Below, piece by piece: positions 1-12,478 of a DNA stretch of 64,000 nucleotides (within the stretch, counting starts at the first letter, position 1; the number at the start of each line of letters is the position of its first letter). The DNA is from Lama glama. Its lineage: Eukaryota. A model generated the notes under the pieces. It saw nothing but the letters and a program-made list of their open reading frames with translations. It ran no database searches and had not been told where the DNA came from. A program made the position numbers and the translations under genes. Where the stretch lies: contig CM052816.1 in the NCBI GenBank assembly GCA_028534125.1, positions 11,906,001 to 11,970,000 of the forward strand, written 5' to 3'.

Positions 1-251
1 ATAGGACTGGTGTCCTTATGAGAAGAGGAAATTTGGATACACAATGAAGCACAGACCAAGGTGCATCTCTGTGAGCACAGAGCAAGACGGCAGCCACCTG
101 CAAGTCAAGGAGACTTCAAGGAGAGAGGGCTCTGAAGAAAGTAAACCTGTTGATATCTGCATCTTGGATTTCTAGCTTTCAAAATAAGTTTCTGTTCTTT
201 AAGTCAGTCAGTCTGTGGTGTATTGTTATGGCGGCTCCGTCAATGAACACA
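1..251 (+). mobile_element. MLT1 (MLT1A/B-like) ERVL-MaLR LTR, 3' part
   Basis: gactggtgtccttatgagaagaggaaatttgga...cttggatttctagc...aataagtttctgttctttaag...gtattgttatggc...aaca matches the MLT1 LTR 3' half. Confidence 0.85.
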
Positions 252-1084
252 TTAGGTAATTGACTGACACCACCTCCAACTGGCCTTCTTCGACTCTGAT
301 TTCCATTGCTTTCCATGTGTCAAGCTAAGATTTCCTCTGTATTACATTCTAGCTACCATGATCTGTCTTCTTTTTCTTTCTTCTTTACTCAAAGTAATTG
401 ATAGGCTAGAATATATATGCAAATGCTTTTCATCATCTTTACTAGTGTTATTTATTACTTCCAGCAGCCTGATTAAAATGATGTAAGCCTTTGTGCCAAG
501 GTGCCCACTTTTTAACCTCTAAGTCTGTGCCTATCTCAAACAGCCGTATAATCCCTTCGAATACTTGGCATGAAAACTGTTGATGAGCAAATGAGAGAAT
601 TTCTCCCAGCTGCCGTGGGGTCTATAAATTCAAGAGAGCTCATTATTTTCTTTTCTGATGCATAATGTCACTCTAGAAAATTATCATTTAATCAGCAGTA
701 ATGACTCTCATATTTCTGCAGCACTGCTTGTTAATCTCTCCACCTAGTATAAAGAAAAGTTTTTAGCAATGCAAATAAAGTCACAGCTTAGAAACAGAGC
801 TGTGGAGAAGGATGGGCTCTTACCCATTCTTCTATTATTATATCTTTAACCTTTGATATTCACAGAAACAAACACTAATTGTACTTTTCCTGATGTACTA
901 AGTAAGGTTTTCCAGGAAGGGTGGTCAGAAATAGGAGGTGATTCGTTTGATCTTATATTCTTATAAAATATCCAAATGCTTGCATCCTTTGGTCTATTTT
1001 AAGTGTACATGTTTATTGCAATCCTGTGGCTTCACATCCTGTAAGCCCTTACCCCCTCATCCTCATTGTGTGCCATTGTCCCTC

Positions 1085-1270
1085 TTGCTCACCATGCTGT
1101 ATCACTCTAGTCTTCTTGTCCTTGAACATCAAGCTCCTTCCAACCTCAGTGCCTTTGTACATGCTGCAGCTTCGGCCTGTTATAAATTTTCTGTGTTCTT
1201 TTCCTGATGATTTTAGCGTTTAGGGCTCATTTCACTGCCACCTTCCAGAGGAAGCCCTCCCTGAATTCTT
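1085..1270 (+). mobile_element. L2 LINE fragment
   Basis: ccttgaacatcaagctcc...cctcagtgcctttgtacatgctg...ccaccttcc...ggaagccctccctga resembles the L2 3' region. Confidence 0.65.
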
Positions 1271-1854
1271 CAGGACACAATAGGTTCCATAAGAATTCCC
1301 AAAATATGCATGATATTTTTCTTCAGGATATTGGTTACAATGACATTAAATATAAGTGTTTATAACCAATAATCTATTTGCTCTGCCTGTAATATTTGGA
1401 GAGGCAAAAGCATAGGCTATTTCTTCTGTGACTGTCAATCACACACATGTATCCAGAATGACTTAGTAGTCACATCCAGTTTTCCTATCTGGGACCTGCA
1501 CTCTTCTTTTCTTCCCTGAAGTACCTGAGCCCCACACCCCCAACACCACCATCCAGAGGGCTCCCTTTCTTCCTCCTCAACTTTCAGTTCAGACAGTTGG
1601 TCATTTGGTTGCATTAGATTTTCTTCAGAACTTGGGGTAGGTGGTAGAGAGCAGGGCGGCTGGAGGACTGAGAGGGCTTCAGACTAGAAGAGGAGAATAC
1701 AGGGAAGCATCTGCTTCCAGTCTGGTGAACAAGGAGCATAGAAAGGAACATCTGAAAGACCAAGGAATCTCTTCCTTAGTAATATTGGCCGCTTCTTAAC
1801 AGTAATTCCAGAAACAATAATTTGAGTGTCCTTGCTAATGTTTCTTCGGGCCTC

Positions 1855-2205
1855 TCCCAATCAGAGTGATTTTTCTAAAATACAATTATGGGCCCAAACT
1901 TGAAATTGCTTCAGTGGCTCCCCCTGCCCTTTAGGATGATGTAGAGTAATGTGTACACATTTCAGCGTGGAGGAAACAAGTTCCTCCGGGATCTCATGAG
2001 TAACTTTGGTCCACCTCTCTGGCATCACCTCCTGCTACTCGTTCGCCCATGCACTCTGTGCCCATGCAACATTGGCATTCTCAGAACTTTCCAGAAGGTG
2101 CTGGCTCCCCTGCCCCTGTCTTCTTCCCTCCTCTCCACCTGGCCAACTCTGGTTCATACTTCAGAACCCTATTTAGACACTTCTCCTCTGTGAGACCTTC
2201 ACAGA
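1855..2205 (+). mobile_element. L2 LINE fragment
   Basis: cagagtgatttttctaaaatac...cttcagtggctccc...tggccaactc...cacttctcctctgtgagaccttc. Confidence 0.6.
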
Positions 2206-2354
2206 TCCTTATCTCATAAAGAGTAAGAGGAACATCTATAGAAAATTAAAATTTATGTACATATTATTATAAAAAATTTAACATTTTCTTAGAAAAATTA
2301 TCAGTCTACCTACCTGCCGGCTTCTCACCCTCTCTCCCTCCCTATCCAAAATTT

Positions 2355-2525
2355 ATAGAGTATGTACAACTGCTTAGTTACTCGTTCAAATATGTTATAT
2401 ATAATTTGATTCTCTCAACAACCCTTCAGACAGATGGGAAACTTAAATAACATATCCAAGTTCCCACCATTTATTTCATAGGGGATTTAAACCAAAGTAA
2501 TCTGTTTCCAGAGCCCATGCTATGT
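2355..2525 (-). mobile_element. MIR SINE
   Basis: tttgattctctcaacaaccc...acagatgggaaact...gggatttaaacc...tctgtttccagagcccatgct is the reverse of the MIR core. Confidence 0.6.
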
Positions 2526-2995
2526 TACATTACCCAGTGTATCAATGCAGAGCTGTGTGTTGTACAAACAGCTATTAACTGTCTATGCATGCAGCACACC
2601 ACATTATAGTGAGTTATTATTTGATTGTGTTCCTTAAGTGACCCCAAGACCAAAGACTATTTCTGCTTAAATTTTGGTAGCATTAGCACAGTCCTTACCA
2701 TACAGTACTATCTGCTGAATTTATCTTTGTGCAGGTTGTACAAATCTTGGAGGCTGGTTTCTCTGCCTGATCAAGTCCCTTGACTTTTGTCTTATCTTCC
2801 AGCTAAGGAATGAAATGTTAATCTTCTCAGTATAATAAAATTTAATTATTGCAGTTATGTTTTTGTGCCCAGAGGTAAAGATTGTGTGTTCTCAGTAAGT
2901 CAAAGTAATAAATGAACATAGGGCAGTAAGAAGGTAGGTCATTTGATGGTTCTAGAAATAGAAAATGCCCTCCCTGTCCCATCTTATTATTCCAG

Positions 2996-3125
2996 ATTCC
3001 AGGACCTCCACACCAAATGGCTGGAGAATCCACAGGGCAAAGAGACAACAGAGAAACTTAACGTGATCAGGGAATTAATTCACAGGGAGTTCACTGAATA
3101 TGCAACAGACTTCGCTGCTTGCACG
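2996..3125 (+). CDS. Candidate internal coding exon, unidentified (xFQDLHTKWLENPQGKETTEKLNVIRELIHREFTEYATDFAACT)
   Basis: Acceptor ccctccctgtcccatcttattattccag|A and donor ACG|gtaaca; 130 nt; only one of three frames open; 25 of 43 codons end in G/C in an AT-rich setting; no homolog recognised. Confidence 0.3.
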
Positions 3126-3189
3126 GTAACAGTCTCTCCAAATAATCAATAGGATACTTCAGACAGTCTCAAAATTGATGAAACTGGAT

Positions 3190-3300
3190 GATGTAGTGAG
3201 ATATTTAGGAAGTAGTGTCCCTAAGTCTTGGAGATGGATCGGATGTTGGTGAATGCGAGAAATGGCCAGGTTTCTGGCTTTGACTGGTTGAAAGGAGAAG
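3190..3300 (-). mobile_element. L2 LINE fragment
   Basis: gagatatttaggaagtag...cttggagatggatcggatg...ccaggtttctggcttt is typical reverse-strand L2. Confidence 0.5.
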
Positions 3301-3579
3301 CCAATAATCAAAAAGGAACATAGCAGAGGAAGAGCAAATCATATTTGTTCCCCCGAATTAGGAGGGGCCAAAATAATGGAAGAAAGATGTAATGTTTCTC
3401 CTGCCTTTGGCACACATCTCTTCATTTGGGAATGACAGAAACCCAACTGGAACTAATTTATGCATAAAACAGGACTGTGTTAGCTTTTGTGACCAAATTT
3501 TAATGAGGGTAGATGTAGATAAGGCCTTAGGGACAATTTTAGAAGTAGGAACTTACAATCATGATTTTGCAAAGATATT

Positions 3580-4203
3580 AGTTGTATAGTTCTGTGTAAC
3601 ACCCATGCCTATCAAGAAATAGATCATTACCATCATCCCAGAAAGTTCGTTAGTATCCCTCTTTTGACAATTGCCCCTAAAAAAACAATTTATCAGAAAA
3701 GTTTTCACAGAAGCTTTAATCATAATAGCTAAAAACTACTATTCTGAATTCAAGAAGCATACATTTGTTTTGCTTATCCTAGAACTTCATATAAATCAGG
3801 TTCTATTACATACTCTTCTATACCTGCCTTCTTTCACTCAGCATGTTTTTGAGATTTATCCACCTTGTTGTGCTTATAAGAATATGTTCTTTCTGATTCC
3901 TTAGTATAATTCCATTGTATGAATATGGTACAGTTTACTTACTCATTTTCTTATTGATGGACACTTGAGTGTTTCCAGTTTCAATGATTATAATTGTAAA
4001 ATATATTTTAGGGGCTGATGTTGTCAGTCCTCTTGGATAAATACTAAGGAATTCATTGTTGTTCACAATATAGATACATGTTCACTTTTTAAAGAAACTG
4101 CTGAGGACTTCTTAAAGAAGTCATATCATTTTACCAACTCCTACCAATACTATATGAGATTTGGGGTTGCTTGTCAACAATTAGCAATACCAGTCTTTTA
4201 ATT
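3580..4203 (-). mobile_element. Old L1M (L1MB/MC-like) 3' end
   Basis: cattaccatcatcccagaaagttc...tagaacttcatataaat...cttctttcactcagcatgtttttgagatttatcca...attgatggacacttg. Confidence 0.8.
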
Positions 4204-4334
4204 TTAAGGTAGATCAGGCTAAGCCATGATGCTTCATAGGCTAGTGGTATTAAATGCATTTTTGCCTTGCAATATTTTCAACTTACAATGGGTTTATTGG
4301 AAAGTAACCCCATTGTAAGCCAAGGAAGATCTAT
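4204..4334 (-). mobile_element. MER47/Tigger5-like TcMar-Tigger DNA transposon end
   Basis: taaggtagatcaggctaagccatgatg...gtattaaatgcatttt...atattttcaacttacaatgggtttattgg...gtaaccccattgtaag, ending near a TA target site. Confidence 0.8.
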
Positions 4335-6229
4335 ACATTTCGGCCTTGATAACTGTAATCCAAAAGAGTAGTGGTTTCTCTGGAAAGAACACAAAATCTA
4401 ATACAACATTACCTTTTCAAACTGCATTTTACAGAGGCAAAACAATTGAAAAATTTTAGATCTATAAAAAACACATAAGGGTTCTGGACTTCCAATTAAA
4501 TATTTACAGCATGATTGGATGCACACTGTAGTTGGCCATGCATGGAAGAGACAGAGACAGAACAGTGGAAATGGTGTTGAGAAGGAATGGCACCCCAGCT
4601 TTAATCACCTTGCAACCCATTGAGGCCAGTGCCCAAAGATTTTAAATTATACTTCCTTTCTGTAAAGAATTATAAGGTTCCTTTAGGCATTCTAAAACAG
4701 AGAACTGAACTTGCTAATGGAAAGCAGACTCAAGAACCTGCCTTCTCTGCTGGCTGAAGTATAGTATTTTTCCTTTAAAATAATGTTGAAGGAAGGTGAA
4801 CCTTTAAACCTACAGATTTGCAGCTTAACACTGTAATTTATTTCTCCTGGCAACAGTTGCAATGTTCCTAGATTTATGTAGAGAAGAAAAAAAATATAAT
4901 TCCTCCACCTGAAATGGACAAAACTCTAGAAAGGAAAAAAAAAAAAAGGATTTTGACCTTCACCATTAAAAGAGGAAAATAGACTTTAGGAATGTAACAT
5001 CCTACTGTCCAAACCTCAGGATTCTGGAAGCTAATTACAGAAGAGCATTCATATATTCACAATATTTAAAATTAAGTATAAGGCTCAGACAGCCCAAATA
5101 CTACTGAATCTTATCAACTAATAGTAACGGCCGGATGTAAAGGTTTAGAACTTAATGAAGCATGAGAGAGATGACAGCAGAGTGCTTGTTGACTAATAAG
5201 AACTCGTGAGTTGGACAGGGGGCATGTTAACCTTAATCAGCTTCATCTCTTTGGCGCTTGGTGCAAAAGCCTCTAAGAAGAATTCTCAATTTCTCTCTTC
5301 TTCAGCAAATCACTAATTTGTGGCTCTGTAATTTGTTTCCAGATGAGGCTCATAGTCTATCTTATATGAAATGTGGCGATGCTTATTAATATGCAGGAAA
5401 TACGCTGACAGCAGTAGGAGAAAAGGACTCCTGAATCTGAACAAACATCAGCATGATACTTGTCAGGCTTATATGACTGAATCCCGTGATGGTCTAAACT
5501 AATAAGCAGGCACTGAAAGTTTTCTTTGTGGTCCCTGAGACATTTCCTTCTTAAATTTAGCTGTTGGCATCTGATTATTGCTCCAAGGGTCTTGGCTCCC
5601 TAGGGTTTAAGATGAGAAGAGAATGCCAGAGAGCAGATCAGTTTCTCTGATTTCATGAAAACGGCCAACAATAAACTCAGAGCAGTGATATTCCTGACTC
5701 CCAGGTTCTCTTCCCCTATTAACACAGAGCTGGCTTCTCAAATATATTAAGTATGTTTTACAATTACAATTTTAAGTGAGTTTTTTAACTACAAGAGAAA
5801 ACATGTTTATTGCACAAAACTTGGAAAATACATTTAAGCAAAGAAAACAACATAAACATTTCAGTCTTGTTTTTCTATGTTGCCGACAGGCTCCCTCCAT
5901 CCCACTTACTCTGCCACACACATGTACAAGAGTTGAGAGGAAGAATGGAAGGAAATACAGGGTTTTTCCTTTTTCGTTTACTCTTATATCCGGCATACTC
6001 CCCATGTCAGGAAGATTTTGTTGAAATGTCATTGTTAGTGGCCATTTAATATTTTACTGTAATTTACCAGACTATTTCTTTGTGGTTGGATACAGTTAAA
6101 TACTTCACGAGACATCTCAGTCGTGATTTTCTTCGTGGACTCCTGTGACTCTAGCCGCCTTCCAAATAATGATGTTACTCAGCTTCTTCCTCCTCCTTGT
6201 CCTCCTCCTCCATTTCCATTTCTCCCCAG

Positions 6230-6460
6230 GCCCCAGCTATATGCCAGTGACTCCCTACATGCTCAGACCTCTCTCTCTGCTGCATCTCCTGCTGCTGTGT
6301 GTGCATGAGTGAACCTGCTTTTATGCTTGTGTTTCTTTTGTTGAATATCTGTTTTGAATTTGCATGGTTATGCTTTGATTCTTCATAATTTCTCATTTTA
6401 TAGAATTGATTTATGTTGACCATAGACTGTAAATAAAAGAAGTAAATGTGTTGGGGGGGA
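6230..6460 (+). other. Candidate 3'-terminal exon with polyadenylation signal
   Basis: ~45-nt pyrimidine-rich tract ending ctccccag|G (6229/6230); stops reached in all frames; AATAAA at 6432-6437 with U/GU-rich sequence downstream. Confidence 0.3.
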
Positions 6461-7479
6461 AAAAAGAGCCCTCTATTCCTCTGTCTCTTGTATATCTTTG
6501 CCTTGGGTTACATGGTGCACAATATGGCTGACAAGGCCATAGCAGCGATGCCCAGAGCATTTTCACTCAGACGTGACTGCAAGCAGGGCGCAGATCCTCA
6601 GTAGCATGTACACTTCAGTTCTTTAAAATATTTCTTTGGATGAAGTAAAGAATGGCTGTGGTCATGTTGGATATACTACATATTGTCTGTGTACTGATGA
6701 ATGCAGCATATATATTACTGTACATACGTAGTTCACAAGTATTTCCTGAGTACGACACTGGTATGAAAGATTCAGTGAGGTTCATGTGTGGTTCACGGGA
6801 GAGAGTTGTGTAAAAATAGTGGGGAGGAGTTGACTGTGATATTGAAAAGATGGGGCTTTTTTGGGCAGATAATTGGTAGCTACTAGGAAGTTTTTAGTGG
6901 TTGGAATGCCATGATAAAAGCTTTCTGAAAGATGAATCTGGGGTAGAATGCAGGATGGCTGAGAGGCAGGACATGCATCAGTGCTCCGCATCAGACCTTC
7001 CTGATCTTTCCTCTAACTGCAGCCCATCTGGGGGACGAGCTTGGTGCAGGAGCAAATCACAGGGTGTTGCTGGGGCACATACCCTCCATCTCCTGCATTG
7101 CCCAGGGGCTACTCAGCTGCAGGAACTGGCAGACCTGGCTGGCTCTCAGTATTAGGCACTCATGCATGTGCTACCGAAAATTTGGTCCAAAGCACCCCAT
7201 GGAGCAACCTGTGACTAAGGTGGGACAGATGTCCACAGACAAATGCTTTTTTCTTTTCTTCTCTCAGGCAGAGGGTGCAGACAGGCATTTCATAAGATTT
7301 CTCTGCTGTGCAGTGGGATCAAGCGCTCAGTTGTCTCCCAGAGTAGAGACATCTGGTAACACAGCCTTATGTTGGCGTTCTTGCTCCCTATCTCTTGTGT
7401 TTGTTCCTTAAATAAACTACTCATATATCAGCTTAATTGCAGAGTCGGTTCTGGGAAAGCCTGTGCTAAGGAGGGAGGG

Positions 7480-7700
7480 TATCTAATTGCCTTTCCTCAG
7501 AGACCTTCTCAATTGAAATCAGAGTACCCTTTAAAACATCACACTTTCCCCTCAAGTCATTACTGTATTTAATTTCTATTTATATGACCATATATGTACA
7601 ACTCTTTGTCCCATTTGACTCTTAAGATCCATGAAGCAAAGACTGTGTCTTTTTTATTCACTATCATATCCCCAGAACTTGATAAGAATTATTAAGTAAA
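7480..7700 (+). mobile_element. L2 LINE 3' end
   Basis: ctttcctcagagaccttctc...taagatccatgaagcaaagactgtgtc...ttattcactatcatatccccagaac. Confidence 0.65.
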
Positions 7701-8209
7701 CAAAACCGTGAGTATGATGTTAAAAGTTTCCCCCAAACCCAAAACTTCTCTGGACTTTCAAAAGCTACATACTCTATTTCATTTTTGTTGAGGGTGGGGG
7801 TTAGTGAGAAAGATCTAAGTTTATTTTTATGTCTCCTCTGATTTTCTCATTATGGGATGATTGAAAAAGTATATTTGACATTAATTAGGATAAGAGAGAA
7901 TTATATTAATCCTCTCACTGACCAGATTTATAACTCTCTGGTCTTTTCATCTCAATTTTGGGCATTCTAAGTAAAATGCTCCCTCCCCCGTTCCAGGTTC
8001 CCATAACTGCTGGTGACCTGCCCAGGTTCATGGTGTCCCACATTAAGCCAATGGTTGGTTCTGTGACATCTGTAATTCTCTCCAGAGGCTTCTTTGAAGA
8101 TTAGCTGAGGCCAGCATGATTTAAAAAAAAAAAAAGTGGAAATGCATTTAGTACCACTGTGCTTTTTAATTTTTACCCTGATATTAACAGTCCCATGAAA
8201 GGAGCCATT

Positions 8210-8325
8210 GGCAGCCACATTTGACAGCTGAAGAAAATGAGGCTCAGAGAGACTAAGTGAGCTGCCCAAGTTCACACAGCTAGTAAGTGGTCTCATTCCG
8301 AAGCCTGTGCTGTTAACACTTCCAT
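8210..8325 (-). mobile_element. MIR SINE
   Basis: catttgacagctgaagaaaatgaggctcagagagactaagtgagctgcccaagttcacacagctagtaagtgg. Confidence 0.85.
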
Positions 8326-8482
8326 TTAAGAGCTGCTTGAATCTGCGAAATTTCAGTTTCTTCTGCGTGAACAGTGGGGTTTTTCCTGCCCTATGCAGTC
8401 ACCGTTAGTCCTTCAGGGCAGCTGGGAAGTATCTTAATCAAGGCCTCTGACCTTGTCATTCATTCTTTTTCTTACTGTTCAG

Positions 8483-8585
8483 TTAACTGCTGGCACCCTA
8501 AGGAATGGACATGCAGCGTCTTCAGACTTCAGAGGAGCAGGCCTCGCCAGGGAAACTCCCCGAAAGACCTCACAGCCAGCCCGAG
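8483..8585 (+). other. Candidate exon, unidentified
   Basis: Acceptor cattctttttcttactgttcag|T and donor GAG|gtagcg; 103 nt; GC-richer than flanks and CpG-containing; two frames fully open, third has ATG at 8505. Confidence 0.2.
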
Positions 8586-8660
8586 GTAGCGCTTTTTCAT
8601 ATTAATATGTCTCATTCTCTCTCTGTCTTCTCTCCTCTCTTCCCCACACCTTTTCTCTCT

Positions 8661-8684
8661 CTGCCTGCCTGCCTGCCTGCCTGC
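8661..8684 (+). repeat. (CTGC)6 tetranucleotide repeat within a CT-rich tract (from ~8610)
   Basis: Read directly. Confidence 0.9.
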
Positions 8685-9619
8685 GCCGATTCCTTTCCTT
8701 TGGGTGGAAGCGAGGGTAACAATTAAGAAGAATATCTTCATTTAGCTTTCTTTCGTTTTGCTGAAATGCAAGTTTATTTAAAATTGACCTCAGAGGATTT
8801 ACAGCAGTTTTTACTATTGGGCACTGCAACAATTTAAACTGAAGCGTCTTGGCACTGAATCTAAATCTATAGAAATAAATCATGGTGGAAAGCTCATTAT
8901 TTCTTAATTACAGTACATATCGGTATCTAGCTTTAAGAATTCTCCAGTGGGTTAAGGAACATTTTGGTTTAGAGGAAAACTTTCTGCTTTCTGCTAGAGG
9001 GACATCAATGAGTATCATTATCATTTGTTTAAAATAAAAATGGGACAAAAAGGAAAACGTGCAGGAATGAAAAGACTTGATCTGAATATTTTAGAGATGG
9101 ACCAGAGGAGAAATGTCAGTTGTTTTTTGTAATAATTCTGTTTCCACATATTTGGAGTAAGCACTAAGGAAGAGTGGTAAAGTATGGTGTTGATTTTATT
9201 CCAGGTTGCACCGTGGGTAGGCCGGTTTGTTTTGAATCCAAAGAAAAATCAGGGTAAAGTTAACTCTGATTTGAGTTGAATTTCAAGAAGTAACAGCCAT
9301 CTTTAAAAGTTAGAATTGGATATTAAATTTTATATCTTTGAATAACATTCAGTATATTATCTAAACCCATTTAAGACATGTCTTGCTGTGTAGAAACTTA
9401 ACACACTACAGGTTGAGATGAGGGAATGATTTAAATGAAGACTCCTTTGGCGTGTGCTGAGCCCCTGTGTGTGTGGGCTGTGGGGCCATGTCGAGTCCCC
9501 CACGATTATTCCAGTCCTGGAGAGCGTGGTCTCATCACAGCCCTTCCTCCAGTTTATTGCCCAGAGCTGTCTTACTGCAACTCTTTGTCTCTGAGATTCA
9601 GATCGCCATGCCAACCTTT

Positions 9620-9800
9620 CACTCACTTTGCCGACGTTTAAGGAGCACCTGCCACCTGCCAGGCACTGTGCTACCTGCTGGGAATAGAGCAGAGGACAAG
9701 GCAGACATGGTCCCTGTTCGCACAAAGCTGTCAGTTTGGAGGGGAGAAGAAGAGTGAGCAAGCAAATGAGAGGTGAAATAAGTGTCACCAAAAAGCTGGG
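9620..9800 (-). mobile_element. L2 LINE 3' end
   Basis: gagcacctgccacctgccaggcactgtgcta...gctgggaatagagcagaggacaaggcagacatggtccctg. Confidence 0.8.
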
Positions 9801-9997
9801 AGGAGAAGAAAGCAGACATACTGGGGGAAACTGGCAAACAGGACCCAGGTGACTCTAGGGAAATGCGTGGTCTCCTTTTTGAAACTCTAGAAAAATGAAG
9901 CATTTTTAAATAACAACAGTGCTAAGGATAAGAGTAACAGCAGTTAGCATTGGTTTAGTCCTTACTATCTGTAGGGCTTTAAAAAAAACTCTCTAAA

Positions 9998-10445
9998 GCT
10001 TAAATGCACACTGCTGAGTCAAAGACCAATCTAAAAAGGCGACCGACCCACTGGATGACTCCAACTGTGTGATAGTCTGAAAAGGCAAAGCTGTGGAGAC
10101 AGCAGAAGGATCAATGGTCATGGGGGTTGGGAGCCAGGGATGAAGAGGAAAAGCACAGGAGATTTGTAGGGAGTGAAACGATTATCAGTGATACTGTCAT
10201 GGTGGAGGCATGCCACCCGTTCGTCCAAATACACAGAACATATAACAAAGCACAAAGCGTGAACCCTAGTGTCAACTGTGGACTCCAGCTATTAATAATG
10301 TATCCATACTGGCTTCTCTATTATACCAGACATAACATAGAATACAAGATGTTAAAGGAAACTGAGAGGGAGCGAGGTGGTGTAGTGAAATGTACTTTCT
10401 GCTGAATTTTTTTTTTTTTTTGTAAACCTACAACTATTGAAAAGT
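9998..10445 (+). mobile_element. L1MC1-like 3' end inserted into a MIR
   Basis: aaaaggcaaagctgtggagacag...agcacaggagatttgtagggagtgaaac...gtgaaccctagtgtcaactgtggact...tgtaaacctacaact. Confidence 0.85.
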
Positions 10446-10477
10446 AGTATTGCAATGAAAACAAAACAACCGAAAGA

Positions 10478-10612
10478 AGTCTCTGTGAGGAAGGCAGAAA
10501 AAATTAGCCTGGCTTTTCAGGTGAGGAAACAAAGACTCAGATACTTGGCTTATTTCCCATAACTAGTGAGGGGCTGAACTAGGACTTGAATCCATGTCTA
10601 AGTCCCTGTTCT
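10478..10612 (-). mobile_element. MIR SINE (other part at ~9925-9990, split by L1MC)
   Basis: ctctgtgaggaaggc...ttttcaggtgaggaaac...actagtgagggg...ggacttgaatccatgtc. Confidence 0.65.
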
Positions 10613-10639
10613 TATGCGAGGTAAGACCAGAAGTGCCTT

Positions 10640-11050
10640 GCTGTTTCCTCACTCCCATTTCTATCCTGCACTCAACCCTCCTCTCGTCCCTTAGCTGTTA
10701 ATGACGTCATTATTCCTCTGGGCATATGGAACTAGAACTTCAGAAGTAAGTTTGTCTCCTTTTTTTCTTCTCTTACAAGCCTACAGCTGCAATCATTCAT
10801 CCAGTGGATCTTCCTTCCACTGTTTCTTGGCCCCATCTTTCCTTTCCATCTTTCCATCCATCTGTCACTGCTTTGGTCCACATAGTCATGACTTCTCTGT
10901 TTCTATAGCCTTGTAGAGATTCTACCTGCTTCTGGGCCTATGGTCTCCCTTTTCTCTCTCTTCACTTCCCCATACTAATTCAGATGGATTGCTCTAACAA
11001 TTATTCAGCACCACGGCAGCTCTTGATACTCAATGAATAGTAAATATTTC
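10640..11050 (+). mobile_element. L2 LINE fragment
   Basis: ctagaacttcagaagtaagtttgtctcc...tccatccatctgtcactgctttggtcca...tactcaatgaatag. Confidence 0.55.
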
Positions 11051-12124
11051 TCTGAGGATGATGATGATGATATTGAGGGAGTTGATGAAACTGATGATAT
11101 CTTTCTCCAAGCTTAGCTGGCAAAATATCAAAGCAAAATTTTGCTGTCCATCTAAACAGCAACAGTGGACCTTACTATTTGGGTACTTGAGCTTTTTATT
11201 TTTTGATTTGAGAAAGATTTACGTAGCATCACGATTCCCTTTTTCATCTCTTTAACCCTGCTCACACCTCCATAAGTAGCCATTTCATTAAAGTATTTTT
11301 ATTTGAGTCATCCAGGAGGAATTCTGTTTTCTGCTGGCATTTTTACTAATAAAGAGAATATTCGATGTGTATTTGCCAAACTGATTTAGAACTGAAAGGA
11401 AGTTCTGCTGTTTGTTGTTTTGTCGTACTTGTTCAGTGTAGCATAAAAATTATACAACACCAACCAAAAAAGTCCAAATGCCTTTCAGTTCTTACTCTGA
11501 ATTCCCACGTTGTGTTTTGTTTGGGATATTCTTATTACATTTTTAAGAAAGTATAATTTCCTTTTTAATGCACGATTATTTACAACTTTGTTATATTTAT
11601 GTGATTTTATAAAAAGATCTCTTAGCTGTTCTTTTTCTAAAGAATTATGTCTCAAAAGGAATAATGAAAATAAACAGGAAATAGGACTTAAATATATAAA
11701 TATTTGTTATATAGATGTTTCTCAGGAACACATGTAGAGGTTAAATCATGTCACAAAAAGATTCAAAGCACTTGCCAAATCACTTTATTAGCCTCAAATT
11801 TTGTTGTGTTTACTCTTTCCTGAAACCAGTATGCTATTAAAGTGGGGTTGATAAACCTTTCATATTCCAGGTACTTTCACTGAAATTATTAGAATAGGGT
11901 TTAACCTACTGCTTATTAAACGATTCAATTGTTCTTTTCTGTGATTTCAGCTGACCTAATTCAGATGCATCCTGTTGCTCACATTTACCTCTCGCAGGCA
12001 TATCTAAAACTGTTACATTGATTAACCTGATCAAAGCTGTCACTTTAACCATTTCCAGAAGATTCATATATGAAAACTGAAGTATGCACATCACTCAGTG
12101 GATGATTCCTTGCATTGCCTTATA

Positions 12125-12250
12125 ACACTGTGTAGATCATCTTGGGCAAGCCCTTGACCTCTCTGAATTTCAGTGTCCCGTCTATGGGGGCTGATAATAC
12201 TCTCCTGGATACAAGACACATTGTAGAGCATAGTGCAGATAAGGGGGTAG
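12125..12250 (+). mobile_element. MIR SINE
   Basis: atcttgggcaagcccttgacctctctgaatttcagtgtcc...tggggctgataata. Confidence 0.7.
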
Positions 12251-12426
12251 TCATTTAATTCTATATTTAGAAATAAACATTTGATAGTGTCACTAATATT
12301 TTGTGGTCCCTTGAGTATCAAAATGCTCTGAAAAATACTTCAGTTAGTCTCAACTGGAAGTTCTAACCTTAGAGAACAAATCCTGTGGTTTGTATCTGAA
12401 TACATTTTTGCCTCAATGCTCATAAA

Positions 12427-12431
<5 letters not shown>

Positions 12432-12475
<44 letters not shown>
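12432..12475. repeat. (AT)~22 microsatellite
   Basis: Read directly. Confidence 0.98.

Positions 12476-12478
<3 letters not shown>

Noticed and set aside
9205..9216. Another 12-nt AG...GT microexon-like segment (similar cases near 16900 and 31130)
   Set aside because: Such pairs recur throughout the window, which indicates the chance background; no independent support
9357..9903. 144-aa and neighbouring ORFs
   Set aside because: Overlap an L2 3' end; no protein-like features
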